The notes below the pieces were generated by a model, which was given only the letters and a program-made list of their open reading frames with translations, was not told where the DNA came from and made no database searches. Made by a program: the position numbers and the translations under genes. A stretch of DNA of 64,000 nucleotides. Source: a virus. The DNA lies in the IMG/VR virus record IMGVR_UViG_3300042888_001055, one strand, 5' to 3'. Of this stretch, positions 36,327 to 47,100 are shown one piece after another. Every line of letters starts with the position of its first letter. Positions within the stretch are counted from its first letter, which is position 1.

Positions 36327-39062
36327 TTAATTGATTGGGAACGCAGTTGTTGGTGGAGTAAAGTTAGCAGTATAACGTGCATAACCTTTTGTAATGCGGA
36401 AATCATTAATATATCCTGTCATCGCATAACTTGTACCCGGAGTTGAATAGAACAAAGCAAGATATGCAAGTGCAGTTGTTACATTTTGTGAATCGGCTAT
36501 TGAACTACCCGAAGTTGGCAAGATTCCATTTACATATACCTTGACAGTACCGGCTGATCTAACCAATGCTAAATATGTCCATGTGTTGGCAGTTATAGTA
36601 GATGAAGTGTTTGTAAAAGTATTACCAGCGTAATATTGAATTACCCCTGCTGAGGTTACACCAATTGCATAACCCGCATTAGTTCCCGCTATAGCAGTCG
36701 CATTGATATGAAAGAAACCTTGTGCGTAAGTTGGGCTTGTTGCGTAGAACCATCCTTCAATTGTAAAATCTCCAGTTCCCATTCCTAAACTAGTAGAGAT
36801 GGGTGTTACCAACCAATCACCAGTACCATCAAAGTACATACTGCTTCCACCAAATTGACTTTGTGTAGTAGAAATCTGTGCATTACCAACTGTTTCTAAA
36901 TTGTTCATCATTGCATTGTCAATGATACCAGCATTTGTCATATTAAGCAATAATGCGGTATTTGTTACTGCTGTTACTGGCTGTGATGGTGGTACAAAGT
37001 TACTGGTGTAGACTGCTGTACCTCTAACAAAACGATAGTTAGAAATATTACCAAACCAATCAGGACTAGTACCGTCTTGAGTTCTACCTATCTCAAACAT
37101 ATTAAATGTAGTAAAAGGTATACTTGAGGCAGCAGATGACGAATTTACTGTAATGTCTATCACACCATTTACATATACATAAAATACCCCTGCATTTCTA
37201 ACCAAAGCAACATGCGTCCATGCATTGGGGGTTATAGTAGCCGCACCTTCAGAACCACTGCCTCCAAGCTCTGCACTGCCATTAGCTAGTAGGTACAAAT
37301 TTATTCTGTTTGCCCCATTTGATAACCTAAACATTAATCTATTAGAACCATATCCCGCTGAAGGATAGTAAATACAAATTCCTCTACCGTATTGACTACC
37401 AGCATAACCATTATTATATACCCAGCATTCTATAGTAAAGTCTGCCGCATTTGTTGCTAGTGCTAATGCAGAATTTGCGGCAGTAACTAAATAATCCCCT
37501 ACTCCATCAAAATACCCTGACCCACCAATTGTATTTGATGTGTAACCATTAGTTGTTGCAGTAGTAAAACCGAATGGGTTTTGTTGTGTTGGGCGACTAT
37601 TGCCAACAGCAGTAATTGCAAAGTTGTTTGTGCTATTGTCAATGAATGTGGGTGATTGGCAGGTCAACAATGATGTGTTTGTGATTGCAGTAAGTGGTGA
37701 TGTGGGGACAGTAATTGTTGTTGAGGTTGGGTCGTAAACATTAGAGCCAACAACCAATCTTGCGTTGGAAATATATCCAATCCAATTTCTTGAAACTATT
37801 CCACCTGTGTATCCTATAGCGGCAGAAGTTGTATAACTATATGTATCTGATACTGTTCCTGTACTTGATCTAACACCATTGAAAAATACTGTTGCTACGT
37901 TGCTTGAATTTCTTACAAAAGCAACATGGTTCCAAGTATTTGCGGATATTGTTGAAACAGTATAATTATCAGCCGCTACGCCATATCTGTCAAAAGAAAA
38001 AGTTGTAGAGTTATTAAGGTTACAATTTAATCCACCAGCAATAGCACTACCCGGCCCAATGAAAGACGATATTCCGCTAAAAGAACCTGTGTAATAAAAC
38101 CAACATTCAAACGTCATTGCTCCTGTACCTACTGTAGTACCGGACCAAGTCAAATAATCTCCCGTACCATCAAAATAACCACTATAACTAGTTGGAGTTA
38201 TTGATGATGGACTGAATGGACTAAATCTTTGTACACTTACATCACCAAACTTGGTAACAGTAAAGTTGTTTATACTATCATCAATTAATCTATTGTCAGC
38301 GCAGGTTAATAAACTTGTGTTAGTAATAGGTGTTAATGGTGTTGTCGGTGGAGTAAATGCCGATGTATATACTGCAGTACCTTTTATATATCTTAGATTA
38401 GAAATATATCCATAGAAAAAATTGGTGCCTGTATGTGTATATCTACCTATTGTAGGTATCAATGTTGTGTCATTAAAATTAGTGGTGTTGGCTGTCGCGG
38501 TTCCGGCAATACCATTAAGATATACTGTCACCGATCCACTGATTCTAACGACTGCAAAATGATTCCATGTACCAACTGTCCAATTATTGGCTCCACTAGA
38601 GATAACAGAACCCCCTCCGCTGGATGTACCAACAAAATTAATAGCGCCGTTGGATACAAAAATTACAAAGTAGTTAGTGCCGGACACTGCTTGACCATAA
38701 ACTATACCACCGGCTGCAGACATCAAATCAGTAGCGTTAAACCAACCTTCAACCGTAAAGTCACCAGTACCCGGTGCAAAAGCAGAGCTAGCAGGAACAG
38801 TTAAATAATCACTACCATCAAAGTAGTTACTCCAGTTACCACCATAAGGACTAAACGTACCTTGCGTAGTATTACCATTACGAGTGATAGCAAAGTTATT
38901 TGTACTACCATCTGTAAATGTATTATTTTGTGCACCGTTAGTTCCATTGCCTGGTAACAATAATGTATTGTACATGAAGTATGGATCATTTGCGGCTGCC
39001 GTGCTAGCGCCTACAATTGTTATTCCACCACCTGATATTGTTAATCCTGTTAATATTGCCAT
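36327..39062 (-). CDS. LamG/concanavalin-A-like repeat protein (4 domains)
   Basis: Four YFDG.GDYL...FT.E.W...W.H.A.VR...GYI...R units. Confidence 0.88.
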   Translation of the reverse strand: MAILTGLTISGGGITIVGASTAAANDPYFMYNTLLLPGNGTNGAQNNTFTDGSTNNFAITRNGNTTQGTFSPYGGNWSNYFDGSDYLTVPASSAFAPGTGDFTVEGWFNATDLMSAAGGIVYGQAVSGTNYFVIFVSNGAINFVGTSSGGGSVISSGANNWTVGTWNHFAVVRISGSVTVYLNGIAGTATANTTNFNDTTLIPTIGRYTHTGTNFFYGYISNLRYIKGTAVYTSAFTPPTTPLTPITNTSLLTCADNRLIDDSINNFTVTKFGDVSVQRFSPFSPSSITPTSYSGYFDGTGDYLTWSGTTVGTGAMTFECWFYYTGSFSGISSFIGPGSAIAGGLNCNLNNSTTFSFDRYGVAADNYTVSTISANTWNHVAFVRNSSNVATVFFNGVRSSTGTVSDTYSYTTSAAIGYTGGIVSRNWIGYISNARLVVGSNVYDPTSTTITVPTSPLTAITNTSLLTCQSPTFIDNSTNNFAITAVGNSRPTQQNPFGFTTATTNGYTSNTIGGSGYFDGVGDYLVTAANSALALATNAADFTIECWVYNNGYAGSQYGRGICIYYPSAGYGSNRLMFRLSNGANRINLYLLANGSAELGGSGSEGAATITPNAWTHVALVRNAGVFYVYVNGVIDITVNSSSAASSIPFTTFNMFEIGRTQDGTSPDWFGNISNYRFVRGTAVYTSNFVPPSQPVTAVTNTALLLNMTNAGIIDNAMMNNLETVGNAQISTTQSQFGGSSMYFDGTGDWLVTPISTSLGMGTGDFTIEGWFYATSPTYAQGFFHINATAIAGTNAGYAIGVTSAGVIQYYAGNTFTNTSSTITANTWTYLALVRSAGTVKVYVNGILPTSGSSIADSQNVTTALAYLALFYSTPGTSYAMTGYINDFRITKGYARYTANFTPPTTAFPIN

Positions 39063-39070
39063 AATTTACC

Positions 39071-40000
39071 TTAAAACGTTATTGAACCTGAACTGGTCCA
39101 TTGATATACTCTATATCCACCTGCAGTGGTTATTGTTGGACTACCTGTTGTACTTGCAGCGGCAGCATATGTGTCAGCATAGCGAATGATTACGATACCA
39201 GAACCTCCGTTACCAGCTAAGCCCGTACCATGTGAACCACCTCCACCTCCACCGGTATTTACTGTGCCTGAGGCAGCAAAGCGATTAACGCCATTAGCAG
39301 AACTACTACCGGCACCACCTCCACCATTGCCACCGTCACCACCTGTTTGCCCAGCTAAAGCGAGGCTATTTCCACCTCCACCTCCACCACCGGAGTAATA
39401 AGTTGATGTCCCGGTAATACTAGACGCAGATCCAATACCTCCTGCGCCGCCGCCTCCTGTACCTAGATTCATAGAATTTTGACCAACCGCGCCAGCACCA
39501 CCACCACCACCGCCGGCATACCCAACACCACTTTGAGCTGTACCTATTCCGCCATTGTTTCCTTGTCCTACTGTACCATTTCCACCAGAACCATTTTCTC
39601 CACTATTACCACCAGCGGCTCCGCCACCACCAGAACCACCTGAATTTCCAGTGCTAGCTCCAGAGGCTGCACCGGATCCACCACCTCCACCTACTGTGTT
39701 GGTTACTCCTGTTAGAGATGATAATGTTCCGTTACTCCCGAGTGTAGATGTTGAACCACTTGCGCCGGCACCTCCTGAACCTACTGTTACCGTATAAGGG
39801 GTGCCGGATGATATACTAGATAATGTTCCTGTAAGATATCCCCCAGCACCACCGCCACCCCCGCCGCCGTTAGGATTATTACCTCCACCACCGGCGCCGG
39901 CAACTACTAGATATTCTACTGACGGAGTAACTGCTGGACCATCACTACCTGCGATAGACCATCCTCCCGTTATTGTTACGCCTGAAAAAGTTAATGCCAT
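39071..40000 (-). CDS. Gly-rich domain virion protein
   Basis: VEYLVVAGAGGGG...GGSGIVIIRY...RVYQWTSSGSITF; start reassigned to MALTFSG. Confidence 0.82.
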   Translation of the reverse strand: MALTFSGVTITGGWSIAGSDGPAVTPSVEYLVVAGAGGGGNNPNGGGGGGGAGGYLTGTLSSISSGTPYTVTVGSGGAGASGSTSTLGSNGTLSSLTGVTNTVGGGGGSGAASGASTGNSGGSGGGGAAGGNSGENGSGGNGTVGQGNNGGIGTAQSGVGYAGGGGGGAGAVGQNSMNLGTGGGGAGGIGSASSITGTSTYYSGGGGGGGNSLALAGQTGGDGGNGGGGAGSSSANGVNRFAASGTVNTGGGGGGSHGTGLAGNGGSGIVIIRYADTYAAAASTTGSPTITTAGGYRVYQWTSSGSITF

Positions 40001-40019
40001 TGTGTGTTTTATCCTATAC

Positions 40020-40898
40020 TTAGAATGTGATTGACCCTGAACTGGTCCATACGTAAACTCTATATCCACCTGCAACTGTTATTGTCGGAGATCCAGTAGT
40101 AGCTGTTGCAGCCACATATGCATCTGAATAGCGAATGATTACAATGCCGGAACCTCCGGTACCCCCAATAGCAGCCGGGTATCCAGAGCCACCACCACCG
40201 CCACCGGTATTTACTGTGCCAAAAGATGCGTTACCTGACAAAGCACCGTTGCCGCCTCCACCACTACCACCATTACCAGCGGTTCCGCCATTTGACCCTG
40301 CGCCACCGCCACCTGCATATTGAGTAGCAGTTCCTGATATACTAGATGCGGTACCTGCGCCGCCGACACCACCTTGTCCCAAAACAGCAGTACCGCCTGA
40401 ATTAGTTGAGCCACCTCCACCACCGGCTGCACTACTACTACCACTACCTCCTGATTGTCCCTCTGGAGGTGAATAAGAGCCAGAGTTACCTGATCCAGGT
40501 GAAGAACTATTTCTACCTGTTCCTCCACCTGAGCCACCACTTACACCTGCTTCCCCTAAATCGTATCCACCTCGGCCACCACCGGTTGCTGTTATTGCGC
40601 CAAAAACACTATTAGATCCATTAACTCCAGGACTTGTTTGATTTCCCCCGCCCCCACCTGCGCCGACGGTGACTGTAATTGGTGTGCCAATTGTAATAGC
40701 AAGCCCTGTATTAGTTCTATATCCACCGGCTCCACCTCCACCACCAATTTGTCCACCACCGCCACCGCCGCCAGCAACGACCAAATATTCAACCGAGGAA
40801 AGCGCCAGTAATGGCCAGTTTGATCCCATTAAATTATTACGTACATCCGTTAGTGACCACAGACCACTAGCACCAACCGGAGATGGAAATTGAGCCAT
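40020..40898 (-). CDS. Gly-rich domain virion protein (paralog)
   Basis: ASGLWSL N-terminal motif; VEYLVVAGGGGGG...GGSGIVIIRY. Confidence 0.82.
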   Translation of the reverse strand: MAQFPSPVGASGLWSLTDVRNNLMGSNWPLLALSSVEYLVVAGGGGGGGQIGGGGGAGGYRTNTGLAITIGTPITVTVGAGGGGGNQTSPGVNGSNSVFGAITATGGGRGGYDLGEAGVSGGSGGGTGRNSSSPGSGNSGSYSPPEGQSGGSGSSSAAGGGGGSTNSGGTAVLGQGGVGGAGTASSISGTATQYAGGGGAGSNGGTAGNGGSGGGGNGALSGNASFGTVNTGGGGGGSGYPAAIGGTGGSGIVIIRYSDAYVAATATTGSPTITVAGGYRVYVWTSSGSITF

Positions 40899-40899
40899 T

Positions 40900-41271
40900 T
40901 TAACTTATATCCTCATAACTACATGTAACAATAAGAGTATTTGCAGTGCCTGCAGATGCTCCTAAACTATTATTTTCCTCCAAATAATATTGTGTATTTT
41001 TTTGTATAACTGTTACTGTTCCACCAGACGGTATTGTAACATTTCCTGCAATCGCAAATGCTGTACCACCAACGTTGGCTGCGTTATACCAAGCTACAGT
41101 TACGGAGGCTGTATTAGCTCCGTAATTAGCTACATTTAATGTGTTTACTTTTAAGCATTTGCCACTACCAGCCGCATTGTTTAATACCGTAGTTGCGCTT
41201 GTACTTGTTAGGTTTGCACCCGTTGTTTTACCATTGATTGTTGTTGCACTGATTATGTTTGGTGCTGCCAT
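40900..41271 (-). CDS. small beta-sandwich virion adapter-like protein
   Basis: MAAPNII...YYLEENNSL...CSYEDIS; start 2 nt after the fibre gene stop. Confidence 0.75.
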   Translation of the reverse strand: MAAPNIISATTINGKTTGANLTSTSATTVLNNAAGSGKCLKVNTLNVANYGANTASVTVAWYNAANVGGTAFAIAGNVTIPSGGTVTVIQKNTQYYLEENNSLGASAGTANTLIVTCSYEDIS

Positions 41272-41272
41272 G

Positions 41273-44146
41273 TTATCCTCCGAATATTAATGAATAGCCT
41301 ACTGCGGCAGCTGATGATGCTCCACCAGCGGTTAAATTGATTGTTGTTACTTCTATGTAACTACCATTTGCCGGAGCACTACTGAATGTTATATTAGCGT
41401 TAGCCAATGTATAATCTGTTCGTAATACTGTTGCTCCGTTATAGTTAACACTAGTTTGATTTATGCCAATTGGCGTAGTGCTTAAAGTAAATATTGTTTG
41501 TACACCGTTTCCAGTAAAGTTGTCTACAGTTACGTTTGCCGCATTACCACCACTTTGTGCTACCCAATCTAAGTTTCCTGCACCATCTGTCTGTAATACA
41601 TAATTAGCAGTACCACCTGTAATAATTACGTTACCAACTGCACCCAAATTACTTTGTCCAGTAACATTTAATGTACCGGCTACATTAACTCCTGTGCCTG
41701 TTACTACAACTACGTTAGCATTACCCACAGCACTAAAGTTAATATTGCCATTTGCAGCCGGAATGTTTACATTACTATTGCCGTTACTGATACTAGCACC
41801 GCCTCCACCACCTGATTGTGCTACCCAACTTAATGTACCTGATCCATCTGTACTTAGTACATAACCATTAGTACCACCTGATATATGTAAATTACCTACT
41901 GAACCTAAGGTGACATTAGCTGTGGTTGTAAAGTCAACTATACCAGTTGCATTGCTTACTGTTAACCCAGTTAAACTACCAACTGAAGTTATGTTTGGTT
42001 GTGCATTAGTTGTTAGTGTACCTGTAAAATAATTAGCACTTACTAAATTACCACCAGTAATGCTTCCCCCAGATCCAGCACCAGCTGTAATATTACCCGC
42101 AACTAAATTACCAGTTACATTGGCTGTACCGCTAATGTTAGCACCTGTACCAGTTATAACTACTACGTTAGCATTACCCACTGCACTAAAGTTTATATTG
42201 CCATTAGCTACTGGAATACTGACATTACTATTGCCGTTACTGATATTACTTGTAGAACCACTAATAACAGTAGACCAAGTTAATGTACCGGATCCATCTG
42301 TCTGTAAATATTGACCATTTGATCCACCTGCTATGTGTAGGTTAGCTACAGCACCAAGAGTAACGTTAGCTGTTGTTGTAAAATCAACTATACCGGTTGC
42401 GTTACTTACGGTTAATCCTGTTAATGAACCAACTGAAGTTATGTTTGGTTGTGCATTTGTTGTTACGGTACCCGCAGTCGTTGCTGAATTGGCAGTTCCA
42501 TAAAAGTTACCAATGAAATAATTAGCTGTTGCTAGATTACCTAAATTAGCATTAGCACCTGTAATATTACCTGTAACAGTTAAACTGGTTAATGAACCAA
42601 CACTTGTTATGTTAGGTTGTGCATTAGTTGTTAGTGTACCGGTAATATAATTAGCAGATAATAAGTTACCACCAGTGATACTACCACCAGAGCCAGCACC
42701 AGCTGTAATATTACCGGCAGATAGATTACCTGTTACATTAGCTGTACCTGATATGTTTGCTCCGGTTCCAGTTATAACTACTACGTTAGCATTACCTACA
42801 GCACTAAAGTTAATATTGCCATTGGCACTTGGTATATTTACATTACTATTACCATTAGATAAACCTGCTGTTGTAATACCAGTTAAATATATACCATTAC
42901 CAGTAAAGAAATTAGCTGATACATTGTTACCTAAACTAGCATTACCAGAACGAATGTTAGCTAATTCAGTGAATGTAACTACCTCTGAGGAGATACCAAC
43001 ATTACTACCAAATGCTATTTCTGCATTACTTATATCCCATCCCATCCAGGCTATCTTTGCGCTTGTATCATAATAATTAAGAGCAGTACCAACATCTTTA
43101 CCGGTATTAGCAACTGGTGCAGCGCCATTTGGTCCTGTTTGTAAGTTAATGATTGGATCACTAATAGATAAGGTAGTTGAATTAATATATGTTAATGTGC
43201 CATTAACTGTTAAATTTCCACCAAAAACGCCATTACCTGATATTGATAAATCTGTTAATGTACCAACACTTGTAATGTTTGGTTGAGCATTGGTGTATAC
43301 CGTACCGGATACTAATGCATTGCTTACTTGACCGGATACATTAGCACCAGCTACACTATTAGCGGTTGTAGCAAAAGATACTGCGCCGGTTACATTACTA
43401 CCTTGAATATTACTTAAATTATTGCCTGCTCCACTGAAGAAATTAGCTATAGCTAGATTACCTAAATCAGCGTTACCTGCAGTTATATTACCACTAGCAA
43501 TAAATGTATTGGCTGATATAACATTCGCATTAGTGATATTACCACCGGAGCCATTACCTGCAATGATATTACCAGCAGATAGATTACCTGTGACATTAGC
43601 TGTACCTGATATGTTTGCACCAGTACCGGTAATTACCATTACAGTATTACCAACAGCAGTAAAATTTATATTGCCATTAGCTGACGGAATATTGACATTA
43701 CTATTGCCGTTACTGATACTAGCACCGCCTCCGCCACCTGATTGAGCTACCCAACTTAATGTACCAGATCCATCTGTTTGTAGCACATAGCCATTAGTTC
43801 CACCGGTTATATGTACATTAGCTACTGGTCCTAATGCTACATTACTTGCACCAGTTAAGTCAGCAGTACCAGTAGAAGTTATACCAGTTAGTGTACCAAC
43901 TGAAGTAATATTTGGTTGAGCATTAGTATATACAGTACCGGATACTAATGCGTTACCTACTTGTCCAGAAACATTACTACCTGCTATATTGCTTAAGTTA
44001 TTACCAGAGCCACTGAAGAAATTAGCTGTTGCTGTATTGCCAAGATCAGCGTTTAATGAAGATAGGTTACCCGTAGCAGTTACGTTATTGAACGTAAAGT
44101 CACCTGTTGTGTCTATGATGTACGGTTCTATCTTTATTAAAGCCAT
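41273..44146 (-). CDS. fibre shaft protein
   Basis: Same repeat set; C-terminal DNFTGNGVQT...ITFSSAP domain and GYSLIFGG tail. Confidence 0.82.
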   Translation of the reverse strand: MALIKIEPYIIDTTGDFTFNNVTATGNLSSLNADLGNTATANFFSGSGNNLSNIAGSNVSGQVGNALVSGTVYTNAQPNITSVGTLTGITSTGTADLTGASNVALGPVANVHITGGTNGYVLQTDGSGTLSWVAQSGGGGGASISNGNSNVNIPSANGNINFTAVGNTVMVITGTGANISGTANVTGNLSAGNIIAGNGSGGNITNANVISANTFIASGNITAGNADLGNLAIANFFSGAGNNLSNIQGSNVTGAVSFATTANSVAGANVSGQVSNALVSGTVYTNAQPNITSVGTLTDLSISGNGVFGGNLTVNGTLTYINSTTLSISDPIINLQTGPNGAAPVANTGKDVGTALNYYDTSAKIAWMGWDISNAEIAFGSNVGISSEVVTFTELANIRSGNASLGNNVSANFFTGNGIYLTGITTAGLSNGNSNVNIPSANGNINFSAVGNANVVVITGTGANISGTANVTGNLSAGNITAGAGSGGSITGGNLLSANYITGTLTTNAQPNITSVGSLTSLTVTGNITGANANLGNLATANYFIGNFYGTANSATTAGTVTTNAQPNITSVGSLTGLTVSNATGIVDFTTTANVTLGAVANLHIAGGSNGQYLQTDGSGTLTWSTVISGSTSNISNGNSNVSIPVANGNINFSAVGNANVVVITGTGANISGTANVTGNLVAGNITAGAGSGGSITGGNLVSANYFTGTLTTNAQPNITSVGSLTGLTVSNATGIVDFTTTANVTLGSVGNLHISGGTNGYVLSTDGSGTLSWVAQSGGGGGASISNGNSNVNIPAANGNINFSAVGNANVVVVTGTGVNVAGTLNVTGQSNLGAVGNVIITGGTANYVLQTDGAGNLDWVAQSGGNAANVTVDNFTGNGVQTIFTLSTTPIGINQTSVNYNGATVLRTDYTLANANITFSSAPANGSYIEVTTINLTAGGASSAAAVGYSLIFGG

Positions 44147-44180
44147 TTGTTATCCTGTTATACTATATTTAGTCTTTTTA

Positions 44181-47100
44181 TTAATAGATCGGGAATGCAC
44201 TTGTTGGGGCGGTGAAGTTACTTGTATAACGTGCATAACCTTTTGTTATTCTTAGATCGTCTATGTATCCTTGCCAATAATTTGAAAGAGAACCGCCATT
44301 AATATTAAAGCACCCAATTGTCAAGGGACAATCTTCGTCAGCGGTCCAATTAGTTGCAGTTGTAGCTACAGAAACACCATTTACATAAAATGTAGTACTA
44401 GTTGTACTACTTCTAACCAATGCAATATGCGTCCATGTATTTGCTGAAATAGATGTTGTCCCGCTTGTCAGAGTAATTCCGTTACCTATTTGAACAAACA
44501 AAACTCCAGACCTTAGTTCAATTTCATAGTTTGCGCCAGCACCCCAACTATATACCGCGCAAATAATGGTTCTATCACCGGAAGTAGTAGTTGGATATAT
44601 CCAACATTCAACCGTAAAGTTAGATGTTAAAAATTTAGATAAATTATTTACATTTAATGTTGGCGAAAATAAATAATCCCCCGTACCATCAAAACTTACA
44701 CTACTTCCGCCAAACTTAGTTACTGTCGTACTTAATTGTGCATCAGCAACAGTTTCCATGTTTGTCATCATTGCGGCATCATATACACCAGCACTGGTCA
44801 TATTAGTTAATAAACTTGTATTTTGTATTGCGGTTAATGGCTGAGCCGGTGGTACAAAGTTACTGGTGTATAGTGCTGTACTTTTAACTACACGGAAATC
44901 ACTAATATACCCTTGAAAATATGAAGTGCCGTCTCCGCCTATTAAATTAGTAGTTGTAAAAGAATACGCAGTAGAACCTGTAGATCCAGATTGAACTCCA
45001 TTAATAAATATTTTTAATGTACTCCCGGATCTTGTTAATGCAACATGACTCCATGTATTTAATGTTGGTAAGGCGGCATCCGTTATATGCCAAGCGAGTC
45101 CTTGTATAGCAACACCTAAATTTGCATTAGCTCCATATTTACTTAGCTGGACTGCTCCTGTTGATCCCGAAGATATAGGCGCATTAGTTGCCCATGCTAG
45201 AGGATATACCCAACATTCTATTGTAAAATCAGCCGGAAATGCTAACGCACTATTGCTAGGTGCAGTTAAGTAATCACCAGTGCCATCAAAATAACCACTA
45301 CCGCCAATTGTACTTACCGTATAGCCATTTGTAGTTGCACTTGTAAAACCGAATGGATTTTGTTGTGTTGGTTGACTATTACCTGAGGCAGTAATTGCAA
45401 ATGCGTTTGTGGAATTATCAATGAATGTAGGTGATTGGCAAGTTAATAAACTTGTACCGGATACTGCTGTTAATGGAGTTGTACTTGGTGTAAAGGTTGA
45501 AGTATATACTGCAGTACCTTTTACTATACGTACATTTGAAATGTAACCGGTTACATATCCTTGAGGACTATTAGGATACGAGATACTAATACCAAGTAAA
45601 GTTCTTTCAATATTATTTGTTCCAGATCCCGAACCAACTGAGACACCGTTTTTATATAAAGTTACTGTTCCTGAACTACGAACGGCTGCAACATGAACCC
45701 ATGTATTTACCGATAAATTTACAGAGTCATACAAATCAAAGTTACCCGAACCGGTACCATTTCCCAAACCAATATGTAATTTACCGGCATTGCCTCCAGC
45801 ACCAGTGCCAAGAATAAATCCTTGGCCGCCACCAGTATTAAATGTACTGACAAATCCTACTTCTCCGCCGGGCGAAGAAGGAAGATATACCCAGCATTCA
45901 ACTGTAAAGTCACCAGTAGCAAATGCATATTCAGAACTAGCAGTAGGAGTTAAATAATCCCCGGTACCATCAAAATAACCACTATAACTTGTTGGGGTTA
46001 CTATTGATGGATTGAATGGACTAAAACGCTGTACTGAAACATCACCGTTCTTTGTGATGGTAAAGTTGTTTACACTATTATCAATCAATCTATTACTTTG
46101 GCAGGTTAATAGTACAGTGTTTGTAATTGCTGTTAGAGGTGTGGTTGGGACTGTATATGTTGTACCAGAATAAAGTGCAGTTCCTTTTACATATCGTACA
46201 TTACTAATATAGCCATTTAAGAAATACTGATTTGCACCGTTCGCATAATAACGCCCAATAATAAATGCGTCTGTAGCATTCGCTTCAGTAGTACTTGAAA
46301 ATTGACCTACTCTAGTTCCATTTAGATAACAACTACAATTATTTGCTGAAGATCCGGAACGTACCAATGCAACATGAAACCATTGATTTAACGGACACAA
46401 TGTGCCGGAATAATTTGTGTTAATGGCCCATTCTAAGTAACCTGTATTTAGTATATTAATACTAAGTCCAGCAGCACTGGTACTGTTACGCATCCCAGCC
46501 AAACCACCATAATCAGATGCACTTGTTACGTATGCCCAACATTCAAGTGTTAGGTCACCCGTAGTGCTAAACCCTGTAATTGCAGAAGCAGTTAAGGAAT
46601 CACCATTACCATCAAAGTAGTTACTCCAGTTACCACCATAAGGACTAAATGTACCTTGAGTAGTATTACCCGCTCTTGTTACTAAAAAATTATTTGTGCT
46701 ATTGTCTAGGAAAACATTGTTGTTTACTGATTGATTGTTTTGTAATATTAATAAACTTGTATTGGCAATTGCTGTTAATGGCTCAGAGGGCGGTGTGAAT
46801 ATTTGAGTGCCGGTTGTTGTACTGCTTGTTTGATAACCAGCTGGGATTGATCCTTTTATTATACGAAGATCAACCAGGTATCCGTTAAGTGGAGTTCCAC
46901 TATAACCAGTACCAATGGCTAATGTGCTAGTAGATGAAATATTTTGCGATCCGCTGGTTGCGTAACTAGAAAGATTGCCGTTTAAAAATCCACGTATAGT
47001 AGAACCACTTCTAGTATATACTAGATGATGCCATACCTTAGGAGTAATAGATCCTATACTATATGATGTGCTTGCTAAGAATAAACCAGAGCTATTGGTA

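Noticed and set aside
39071-40898. Collagen-like proteins
   Set aside because: Gly runs are not G-X-Y triplets; they fit the phage Gly-rich domain pattern.
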